Shown here: positions 10,212 to 21,205 of the stretch, piece by piece
Layout of the letters: each line of letters opens with the position of its first letter
Numbering within the stretch: position 1 is the first letter of the stretch
From: Basidiobolus ranarum
Lineage: Eukaryota
Assembly: GCA_040143965.1 (NCBI GenBank)
Contig: JASJQH010006935.1
Span: forward strand, 1 to 36,041
Direction: 5' to 3'
Length of the DNA stretch: 36,041 bases
Program-made: the position numbers and the translations under genes
Notes under the pieces: model-generated
Seen by the model: only the letters and a program-made list of their open reading frames with translations
Told to the model about the DNA's origin: nothing
Databases searched by the model: none

Positions 10212-10747
10212 TCAATAAGAGTGTTGTGAATAATGTACAGTAATTCAATGTCTATAAAAACAAAGTATGTAACCGCATCTGTATCCATACCTATAACTAT
10301 ACTTCTCACCCCTTCCCATGTATAAAAGTGAAGGTGAAGTCTCCAGTGATCACTACAAGCATTCAAATCATTCCCACCTATCGTCATTAGAAATAAATTG
10401 ACACTTGCAGTCGTTACTACATCATTCAATCACCGATTCCCTTTTCCAAGCTTTTCTTCTTTGGGACAAATATTTCGTGACTTCACCCTTGTCTTGCCCC
10501 AATCATGTCTAATTATGGTATCTGAATCATAAACTAGCTATGTTAAGTTCCATATTACTGGACAACATGTTAGTGAGTAACCTTGCGAAATCGACACATT
10601 ACATCGTTTCAAAATGTACAAAGCCCCAATCAATCTCTTGATGCGCCACACACATATATGATAATTTGGGCGGAATATTTGATAATTGAATTTCTTGATT
10701 TTATTCTTGTGTTTCGACGATTTCGATTAATCTTGATCAAGCATCGA

Positions 10748-13700
10748 TCACTGCGAAGTAGTGGAATCCTCTATGCTAGGTAGTACATTAAATCGTACTG
10801 TGCGATCTGTTGATGTTGGGTCAACACATCTTACATAAGCACTAGTCGTAAATTCCTCAATTAGGGTTTTAATTGCACTAAAAGAGGTAAGGTGATTAGG
10901 CTTGGTTGGCTATTCTGGGGAATAATATAAGCATTACCTTGAGTTGGGAAGTATCCGGGAGATCTTAGTCTTAATGAACTCAGCGTCCAGCTGGATTTGT
11001 TGGTAGCCACCTCTACCCAGTGTGCACAGTCGAATGGTCTCGGTAGCAGCCTAAAAGCAACATTCTTGTTAACACGATACAGTAATGAAGATAAACAAGT
11101 GGGACCCATTTACTTTCAGCACAATCTTCATGATTCCAGTCAAGATGCCCACTCTGGTAGGCTCCACTTTGCCAAATATATCGATGCGCTCCATAAATAA
11201 TTTATCAATGTAGTTGAACAATTGTGGGTTTTCCGGGAAGGGATCAGATGACCCAAGGCCAATCTTCGAACTGGAGACTGAGCTGATAGAGGGGGAAGCT
11301 TGATTTGAAATGGAACGTCGCATGGAGGTAACGCTGGGTGGTCTATGTGAAGAGGCCACACTAGGTGCACGACGACTTGATTCTAGTAACAAAACAGTTC
11401 ATTTCCAAAGTTTTCAGCTGAATTTGTTTCAAATGATCATACCTGAACTTATCCTGCTGTCTGTGTAAGAGGCCTCATCACTGACATCTGGATACAGGGT
11501 TACTACAGTATTTTCAATATCGTTGAGTTGTGTAATGATCGACTCCCATGCTGCAGTCACAGAAGTCGGGTTGATCGGATGATTCAACCAATCATTCTCT
11601 TCAATAGAGTTGTTCACTTTTTCTGACAACTCCGAAGCGACACTTTCGACGTACCCCTTGAGGAATATCTACAACCAAGAAGTCAGTACTTGCAGGGGTC
11701 AAAGCATTGTTAGAAAGTCAACAAAACCTGAGAGAAATCTATACACAGATTGACCACCCCGCGGTAGTCTGACAGTAATAAACTTGCATCCTCAAGGTAA
11801 TTCGATTGCGAGTAGTTCCAATTAGAGGTGTCCGATTCTTTACTGTAAATCCGTTGAAGATATGTTTCAAACACATGGGAAATGGTATAGGATCCACAAT
11901 CTGAGCAAAACCGGGCGAGCGCCATCTGAACTTGAGAGGGGTGATGGGAGTGCTAAGAGGGGAGGAGTTAGCTTAGTTAGATCATTACAAAACATGGATG
12001 CACCTACCACGAGTCCTTGAAAAGAGAATTCCCAGAAATCTCTCAACCCCTCTCCAACGACATCAATGAATTGCTCGCTACCACCTGGACGTTTGACAAA
12101 TGCTGCCTCGGAGCTTAAGATGGCCTAGATAGATCAAGGATTTGGTAAGGTTCTGGATTTGTAGTTAACATGCATTAAGAGGGAATTACCGTGAAGATAG
12201 GCAAGCATTCATTCAATAGTTTCTCGGAAAGCCACTCTCGATTCTCAGATACTAAGTCCTGAAGATTGGTAAAGTCTTCTGGGGTGCTACCAACGGAAGC
12301 GGCTGAAAATTTCTCTACAAACAATTCATGAATAAAGATTCCATTAGAAGTCAGTAAACAGTGATTTACCAAACAGGTCTCTTTCAACGTTGGCAAAGAT
12401 TCCTAGAACAAGTTTCTTGATCCAGACTTGGATGATGGATTTTGCCCGAGCATCTACATTCCCGTTGTTGCACAAAGTTTCCGATTTGATGATATCGTGC
12501 TCAAATTTGCTTAGAACATCGGCGTATATATGAGGATCGATATCCTTAAGATCATGCTGGTTCCAAAGGAGTTAAAATCTTGTCAAGCTGCCACAAGATA
12601 TAGGAGATACACTTACAGGAAGGACAAGCAGCTGTTCAACAATTTCGAAGTATTCTCCAACGATGGAATTTGTGGTGGCAATCAGATCCTCCTTAGCTTG
12701 AGAACGGTCCTATTTTCACATATGAATATAACTGCGTCCACGCTTCAATGGTGAATAAAAAGGCATTACCTTGGCATTTAAATTGATTTTGAAATGTGTG
12801 GTGGCCTGGTTAGTGGGCGTGTGATCTCCCTCTTCTTCAGAGACTTTTTTCCCGAGGAAATACTCATGGAACCGCTCCATGAATAGCGAGGTTTTCTTCA
12901 GTAGGGTATCGTTGACAAAGGTGAGTTTGTCCAGATACATCTGAGATCTATCCAACTCAACGGAGTCTACCTTCTGTTCACCGCCGATTTCGGGTAGCTT
13001 TGCCACCGTGGTTTCCTTGATCCTCCTGAGCTTTGCTGAACCACTTGTAAATAAGTAATTAGTATAAACGGTATCTCCACGACCTAGTGTGTATGTGCTT
13101 GAATTACAATGTAAGGTATTTCCTCCACAATAACTCAGTAGAGTCTCGACCAAGACCGATCAGCATCCCAATACACTCAGTCACATCCTCCAAAGTGGCC
13201 TACATATAACCCGTATTAGCACATGTCAAGGAGGTATCAGTGCTCCAGAGTATACTAACATTCTCATCCTCGAGTCGATCTCTCACTACATGCTCCACTT
13301 TGTCCATTATTCCACGGCATTCCTCTTCTATCCCAGAGAACACAGAAAGATGTTTGTAATGCGACAACAAATCTATCGTTCTGGCGTGATACAAAATTGC
13401 CTGTGGGTATAATCCTTGGCCGACACACTCGTTTAATCTTTTTGGTAGTTCAAAAATAAATTGTAACTGCAACAAATTCAATGATTAGTTTATTCAGAAG
13501 CAAAAGATATGAATATACAAGGAATAGAATGTATGCTTGATATAGCTAACCTTTTTGAGTAAGTTGTGAACGCCCGATAACTGCTTTATCTGCTGTCTTT
13601 TCTCTCTCAAACTACCATTTAGTTCTGAAGAACGAGTGGTAATGCGTGACATACGTTCACGTAATTGAGTCATCTCTGCGTCCATGTTATTCGTATTATT

Positions 13701-14038
13701 TTTCATCTAAAAGACCGTCGAAAAATTTAACAAAACTCGTTACCAAGAAGTACTCTGAAATAAACCAACAACCTTTCCCAAAGTTTCAGTAGCCGTGATG
13801 AAACTATTATAATTCTCGTAAACTAAAGTCTTCATATCTCCATCCAGCTGTCTTATATCTACGTGAAAGAAGAAATGGTAAAAGGAAAGTTAAACATCAA
13901 CCATTTAGAAGCAGAGGAAAAGTGTTAAGAGTAAAGAGTACCGGCCACTAACTGGTTATCTTTCTTGATGAGTTCAAGAAGTGTATCTTTCTTCACCATT
14001 TTTTGAAAAGTTTCTGACGTGTCCAATGTCTCCTCCAT
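10748..14038 (-). CDS. VPS51: Vps51/Ang2 subunit of the GARP/EARP tethering complex (~15 exons, ~800 aa; 3' end uncertain)
   Basis: Spliced N-terminus contains [27 protein letters not shown] (Vps51 signature) and [12 protein letters not shown]-terminal region contains [35 protein letters not shown] and RCVDP. Confidence 0.9.
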
Positions 14039-14892
14039 GTTTTTTATTTAAAGGAGGTAATGGTAAGGAGGATACAAATAGATACGATATTAATGGAGAG
14101 TATGTTTTTTATGTACGTGATATATTTAGCCAACTTTACTCCTCACTCAAACAATACTAATATTCACGTTGGTTTTGAAGCTTCTGCTATTCACCACAAG
14201 GTATGAATACGAAATAAGCCTTGAATCTGATTGATCTCCACTTGTCGACGTATCAATCATAGCATTGATGGACATCAACTAACAATAAACCAATCCTTAA
14301 CTACACTACACTAGATTTGATACTGATTCTATGAATTGCAATATAATGAGATGTTGATTAAAGTTTAGTCAAGAATATCTGAATGTTGGTGAAACGAGTT
14401 AACTTAAACCCTAATATCTTTCGCATTCGAAACATGACTTGAATCAAATTGGATATCACCCCAAATCTTGTAGGTAATTGGATTTCTTAGAATACACTTC
14501 AACTTCCCTTTATTAGAATAGACATCGGGGGCATATTCGCTTAATTAGGAATGGGAAAAAGAATGAGAACGGATACAACGTAAAGAACTAAATACAAGGG
14601 AACTAGAAAACTAGGCGAACTCTCTATGGATGATGAAGCGTATCGTTGATTTTTCCTACTTTTTTACTAGTAATTCACAATGTCTATCTTATGATTTGAA
14701 ATGTGATGGTGGTGGATCAAATAGGTGATTGGTGGTGGAGAGTCTGTACTAATTTTATGAGTCAAAAGGAATGGGTAAATGTACATTTGAAATGAGGACG
14801 TTGAGTGTAGAAACTATGTAATAACAGCGCCTTGAGGGGGGGAAGAGAGATTGTCCATTCAAAATTGAATATTATAAATAACGGATTAAGGT

Positions 14893-15900
14893 TTATAGGG
14901 ATCTCATGCATTCATTCCAGTATTCTAGATCGGATTGAGGAGAAGGCATAGCTTCGCTTAAAATACTACAGTTTGAATCTCGATGCATGAATTTTTCACC
15001 TGGAAAGCTGGGATGACTATCAAGACTTCTGGAAAAGTCTCCACCCCAACTGGACCTGCCTCTGGTGGGTAGAGAGGCAGTAATAGTATTGATTGAAGGC
15101 AAGACCGGTCGATGGATCTTCCAGTCGTTTACCGGCTTCTCAGGGGGTGATGGTGTTGCCGGTGGGGTCCGCGAAGTAATCTCTATACTATCTTGTTCAA
15201 TGGATGTCTTTGAAAGAGTACGCTTTCTAATAGGATTGGGTTGAGAGCATGGAAGAGTCTCACGAGGAAAGGGTATATTGCTGTAGGACGAGGTTTTTAA
15301 AGAGTGTCTAAGTAGTTGGTTGGCATACAGTTGTAATTCTTCAATAGAAACGTTCAGATAAAAGTCATTCATATCAAGAAACTCCATTTCTAGGTGATTT
15401 AACTCGTGAATGGGAAGCCCGCCCACCTTTTACCAGATAAATTCACCGTTAGCATATATTGATGATATTGCTATGAAAACCGCGAGTTAAATACATACCT
15501 TGCCGTAGCGTGAGTTGGTGTAGAAAACATCAGAGAAAAATTTGGTGGAGATCATGATACCAGTAATTAATAACCGGTGGATATTGTATGAATTAATAGC
15601 TAGTGGTCCTTGCTGAGAGGAGGCTTTGGCCATGCGATCAAAGTACACTAACAATGATATAAAGCACTCATTTGGACATGGACAATACCGAAGAATACGA
15701 GCAAGGTATGAATGGATCTCGATCGTAGGTACTGTCCGAGCGTGAAAAGAGGTATATGCGGGACAAACTGGAGATTTCAATATAGGATCAAAAGTATGGG
15801 TGACGAGAGTATTGTTGGCAGAAGTAAGGCAGTCGAGAAAGCCTGCAAGTAGACGAATAGTTTCCTGCACAGGAAAGTTGACGAGGTCAAAAGTATGCAT
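14893..15900 (-). CDS. Pho80-family Pho85 cyclin (Pcl6/7-like; exons 15900-15499, 15426-14893; ~311 aa)
   Basis: FHARTVPTIEIHSYLARILRYCP, ISLLVYFDRM, NSYNIHRLLIT and KFFSDVFYTNSRYGK|VGGLPIHELNHLEMEFL, followed by a Ser/Pro-rich tail. Confidence 0.92.
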
Positions 15901-17351
15901 CAGATTTCAAATATACAATATTCAAGAGGGAGAGATAGACGAACTCAATTTCAATCAATGTATGTCTATGAATAATCCAAGAGAAACAAAAAAGAAATTG
16001 AGCAAGAAAGAGAAACGAAGCGCTCTCGAAAAAACAACTTGTCTGTTGCTTGTAACGGGGTTTTTAATCGTTGAACTTGGGAAACATCCCTGATCGCATG
16101 AGCCAATGATATCCCCGTGTCCAAGGATATTTGGCAAAGAAAAATAGACATCCATATGAGCATATAATAATAAATGCCTCTAGAGCTCCCCAGTGACATT
16201 AATCTCCGTAAATCGTCATTGATTCCCAGTGTTCTTTTTAGAAACGCCAATCACCACCTAGGGATATCCTATTCCCCATAGAGTGTGATGATTCTCAACA
16301 CCCAAATCAGAGCGCGGTATAGATAAGCAAGGTGGTGTGACAAACCCTAGATTTTACATTTCAGGAATGCCCTGGTTTCCAGCGACTGTGCTCAGCATTG
16401 CTTACTAAGAAACCGGAAGAAACTAACCCCCTGTCCCCTGGGCCGTGGCCCCCTCTCGCCATCATAATAAACGCACCCACTTATCTAGATCCATATCCAT
16501 TGCCTATCCCCAGGACTTAGCCAAATAAACCAGTTTTCCTAAATTATTGATGTTGATTTCCCCAAGACCACTTAGGATACAACCCTAACCCTACATTGAT
16601 TCGCGACTCGTGATAATAATAAGTGTCCAAGTTAGTCCTAGCCCCTATGAGCTGCCCCTATGCATTGATCGAGCTATACCACCAACCTAACCCAACCCAA
16701 TCGCTCCCCAGCTACTGTGCAGCTGCAGTGGATGATAGGGTGCACGATATGGTGGATATGGTTCCAGAATTAAAGAAACCCATAGAATGGTCAGCTGATT
16801 GCGTCAAGAATGATCGCCCCAGCTGTTGCACTAGAAGCACTTATTCTGGATGAGAGGCAGTTGCGAGGCTCTTTTGAATATACGAGTCAACTGGTAGCGT
16901 GACCAACAATGTAACTTACTATCGCTCCCTTATCTATGTGTGTATGGGCTATTCGTCCATGCGCGGCTAAGGTGATTCAGGGGCTAGTTTTCTGCCATTC
17001 TTTCACCTTATACACTGCCTTGACTTCCACACGTTTGGAGCTTCCTGGCTGCCAGAGCCCATGTCCAAGTTTCTTTACTACCAGAGGCTAACTCTAAGCT
17101 TCTCTGCTACTACAAAAGAGAAGTGAAACCAATCTTCGCTTTCAGCAATACTAATTCACCCTAGTGTAACAGAGACTCTGATGGTGTTGCCAGTTGGGGT
17201 GTAGATTAGATGAGGTTGGGGCAGTAAATATAGCCGTTTCAAAGTGGGGCGGATGTCACTCTACTTTGGCCAGGGCTTCAACCCAAGTTGGATCAATATT
17301 CTTGAACTTTCCTAATGGCTGATGAAAAATGGCTTTGTATTTGGCGCGGAA

Positions 17352-17486
17352 ATTGGCTCATTTATGCTTATGAGATGCGCAATCAGATAATAGCCACAAC
17401 CCTACCATTACTACGAAAGTGATTGGTTCAGCTGACCCGAAATCGACCCAACCATCTTTGCCTATGCTTGGGTCTGCTGAGATTGG
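17352..17486 (-). promoter_or_regulatory. Three CCAAT boxes (ATTGG on + strand) upstream of the porin gene
   Basis: ATTGG at 17352, 17422 and 17482. HAP/NF-Y sites are typical of fungal respiratory genes. Confidence 0.45.
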
Positions 17487-17548
17487 AGTTTTTTTATATT
17501 CTTGGCTGTTCTCTCCAGGTTTCATCAGTCTAACTCTCCCACAATAAG

Positions 17549-17608
17549 GTACTGGATTCTTTGCTTTGCATCACTCTTGTCTTTCCTCTATCTAACCGAT
17601 TCTATTAG
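17549..17608 (+). other. Probable 5'-UTR intron of the porin gene
   Basis: AAG|GTACTG donor, CTAAC branch point at ~17592 and TTAG acceptor 9 nt before the ATG; 60 nt long. Confidence 0.7.
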
Positions 17609-17617
17609 TCTATAATC

Positions 17618-18569
17618 ATGTCTATTCCTGTTCCTTTCTCTGATATTGGCAAGTCTGTCAGCGACCTTTTAGGTAAAGATTACCCAACTGGTGCTGCCAA
17701 GCTTGAGGTCAAGACCACTGCTGCTAACGGTGTTGTAAGTGACCTCTTCTATGGCCTACTTCCACCGAAGTACGGACTAATCTAATTGCACCATGGGATA
17801 TCTTTGTTGACAATTTATTTACTGTTCATAGACTTTCACTGTTTCCGGTGCTCAAGACAACAAGACCGGCGCCATCAACGCTGAGTTAAAGAGCAAGTAC
17901 AACGATGCCAAGAACGGAGTTGTTTACACCGAGGGTTGGACCACCAGCAACCTTATCACCTCCCAAGTCGAGATCAAGGACAAGATCAAGGGTTTGAAGG
18001 TCGATGTTTTCGGTTCTCTCCTCCCCGCCGTTGGTTCCAAGAACGTCAAGGTTTCCTTGGAATACAAGCAACCCAAGATTTTCACCCGTGCCAACGTTGA
18101 CCTTTTGAAGGGTCCTATCTTCCAAGCTGATGTCGTTGTCGGCCAAGACGGTCTCTTGGTTGGTGGTGAAGTTGGTTATGACACCCTTGGTGCCAAGGTT
18201 ACCAAGTACAACGCCACTCTTGGTTACGTTGCTCTTGATCACGCCATCACCCTTCAAGCCACTAACGCTCTCTCCGTCTTCTCTGCTTCTTACTATCATC
18301 GCGTTAACCTCGATGTTGAAGCTGGTGCCAAGGCCGTTTGGGATTCCAAGACTCCTCAATCTGCTATCGCCCTCGAGGTTGGTACCAAGTACTTCTTGGA
18401 CAAAGATACTTTCGTCAAGGCTAAGATTAACAACACCGGTATCCTCGGTGTTGGATATACTCAAGCCATTCGTCGTGGTGTCAAGGTTACCGTTGCTGGT
18501 ACTTTCGATACTGCTCGTTTGAACGAGAACGCTCACAAGCTTGGCTTGAGCGTTGTCTTCGAGAATTAA
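17618..18569 (+). CDS. POR1: Mitochondrial outer-membrane porin VDAC (exons 17618-17734, 17832-18569; 284 aa)
   Basis: MSIPVPFSDIGKSVSDLLGKDY N-terminus and C-terminal beta-signal HKLGLSVVFE. Strong codon bias. Confidence 0.96.
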
Positions 18570-18909
18570 ATTTCATTCCAATTCTAAATCAAACCAAGTG
18601 CATAATGTTATCTTACCTCTCTTTGCGTGCTATCAGGGACATATGTTCTAATCCACACAAATTCCATAAAATAAATAACGCATCATTAAATTCTTCGGTA
18701 GCAAGATATTCATTCTCCTTTATCGGATAAATATTTCCAGTTAAACTAACTTCCTTATCATACAGGTCTATTTATTTTTTACAAAATTTTCTAGGAACCC
18801 TTTGGTTTCATTTCGTTTGATAATATATCGGTTTATAACGAGGGTTTAGGGATAGGTAATGCAAAGGGGAGTGTAAAGGTATGATAAAAGAGGAAGTAGA
18901 TGTGCACAA

Positions 18910-20497
18910 TTACAATTTAGCTTTCTTGAAGAAGTAATCCGAAACGATTCTTCTTTGAATTTTACCAGTAGCAGTCTTGGGGAAGAAGTCAGTGATGTAA
19001 ATCTTTTTAGGGATTTTGAAAGCAGACAGGGTTTTTCTACAGAATTCCTTTAATTCCTCTTCAGTGACGGTTTCTCCTTGCTTAGGGATGGCAGCTGCGT
19101 GAACTTCTTGACCATAGATCTCATCAGGAACTGCGAAGCAGACTACTTCTGCTAATTTAGGATGACGAAGAAGGGTACTATCCACTTCCAATGGAGATAT
19201 CTTTTCACCACCACGGTTAATTAATTCCTTGATACGACCAGTAAGGAAGAGATAACCTTCGCTATCGATCTTTCCTTGGTCGCCAGTACGGAACCAACCA
19301 TCTGCAGTAAAGGAAGATTTATTGGCAGCAGGGTTATTCAAGTAACCTTTTGTGACGTTCTCTCCCTTGATACAGACTTCTCCTAATTCGGTAGGGTTGC
19401 CTTGTTCATCGAGGATAGTGACTTGAACTCCTTGACCCTTCCCAACAGATCCAGGCTTACGTGAAGCAGGTGGTAGAGGGTTTGATGTCATTTGATGAGC
19501 GGCCTCAGTCATAGCATAGGCCTCAAGAACAGGAACCTTGAAGGCATTCTCCAATTGTTCAAAAGTGGCAGGGGCGAGGGAAGAGGAGCAAGAACGAATA
19601 AAGCGAATCTTACTTGGGCCATTAGGAGCAGGATGACGAAGAAGGATTTGATGAATAGTAGGAACTGCTGTATACCAAGTGCAACCATTTTCTATGAATT
19701 CATTCCAGAAAACGGTGGCTGAAAATTTGGGTGGAATAACGACTGTGCCTCCAGATTTCAAGGATGAGAGTAATCCACAAACCATTCCATGTACATGGAA
19801 AAGTGGCATAACAAGGTAGGTACAATCGGTTTTACGGAGATCGTATGTATTAATAATATTACCCATAGTTCTAGTAATGTTTCTGTGGGTAAGAGGGACA
19901 CCTATTGATATGAAATTCAATTAGTACATATTACCAATGAATCGAATGCTATGCTTGAGTATACTAACCCTTAGGTCTTCCGGTTGTTCCTGAAGTATGC
20001 AACAACAAAGCTACATCATCCGGGCTGGCCTTTAAAGTGGTAAGATCGACACCTTGAGCTTTAGGGCCAGCAGTCTGACGGAGAAGGATACGTTTCTGTT
20101 CTTTGGACCACCCGATTTCGTAAACAGCAACGTTATACTTGGCAGCCGCACGAACAGCGGGCTTTTGCTCTTTGGTCCAACCAGCATGAACCAAAAGAAC
20201 CTTGCTCTTGGAATCTTCGAGGTAGAAAGAAAACTCGGCTTCAGAGTAATTAGGATTCAAGGGTGCAGAGATCAACTTAGCTCCGGTAATACCGAAGAAA
20301 GCAACTACAAATTCCAAAGAATTTACTAGTGCCATAGAGACGGCATCTCCAGGCTTCAAACCAGCACCATTAAGTTGCTCTTGGAAAGAACGTACCGCAA
20401 CGGCGAGCTCTGAGTACGACAAAGTGGGACCACCCGAGGGGATGACGATGGCAGGAGAGGTAGTTTGAGTGAATAGTGCCTGGGTCAGAGTATTCAT
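18910..20497 (-). CDS. PCS60: Peroxisomal acyl-CoA synthetase, oxalate-CoA ligase (Pcs60/AAE3-like; exons 20497-19969, 19901-18910; 506 aa)
   Basis: LHTSGTTGRPKGVPLTH, MPLFHVHG, RFIRSCSS, LEAYAMTEAAHQMTSNPLPP and TATGKIQRR. C-terminal AKL is a PTS1. Confidence 0.93.
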
Positions 20498-20586
20498 TTT
20501 AACAAGTTCGAAGTCAAGGTTCGGAGTATCTCAATACAATTCAATAACAGGCTTTATAATAATTACAAGAACGCATTCGAACCAAA

Positions 20587-20596
20587 ATCACGTGAT
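20587..20596. promoter_or_regulatory. Palindromic E-box ATCACGTGAT upstream of the PCS60-like gene
   Basis: Perfect 10-bp palindrome 90 nt upstream of the ATG, matching bHLH (Cbf1/SREBP/Pho4-type) sites. Confidence 0.45.
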
Positions 20597-21205
20597 AGCC
20601 ATCAAATCTTTAACTACTGAATTTGGCTAATCGATGTCGATTCTTTGGAGAATATAGCTCACTAATCTGGAATCGGTATTCTGGATAATAACAAAAAATA
20701 CCAGATTATACAGATCACAGCCGTGAAAGTGACGAATCAAGGCCTGCTTTCAAACGATCACCAAGGTATGGAAGCAAGAGATCTGATGGAATGACTCACT
20801 CCCAAATATGGGAACTTGAACATATGCGTCTAATTGATCAGCAAAAGAAAAAAGCAAAGTCTAGTCTCAACTTGAGAATTCTGATCACATCTTGGTGAAT
20901 ACAGCCAATTTGCAGCCAATTTGTTTTACTCATTGAAGCTTGACTATTGAAACGAAAGTAAACAAGGGGACGAATTGGTTTAGAATGCGCAATTTCAAAA
21001 TAAGAAGAGACAATAAAATAGGACACTTAGAAATAATAATATATGCTACACGTAATCCTTGCCGGATCAATTGTGAAGGAAAGGGGCATTCCCGAGATAT
21101 TTCAGGAAGCATCAATAGTGAACCGATCAAGTGTGAATGGCCTTCTAAAGGAGAGAAAAACGGAATATAATAATTTTTTTAAAAGTTGGCATATTCTTTG
21201 GCTTC

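Noticed and set aside
15955-16155. 66-aa ATG ORF just upstream of the cyclin as a possible uORF
   Set aside because: Transcription start unknown and composition typical of pyrimidine-rich UTR or promoter DNA.
16581-16698. Telomere-like AACCCTAACCCTA and scattered AAACCCTA motifs
   Set aside because: At most two units; too short to call an interstitial telomere or a binding site.
17886-18536. 216-aa antisense ORF and 130-aa off-frame ORF over the porin
   Set aside because: Expected by-product of strong codon bias in a highly expressed gene; no recognisable motifs.
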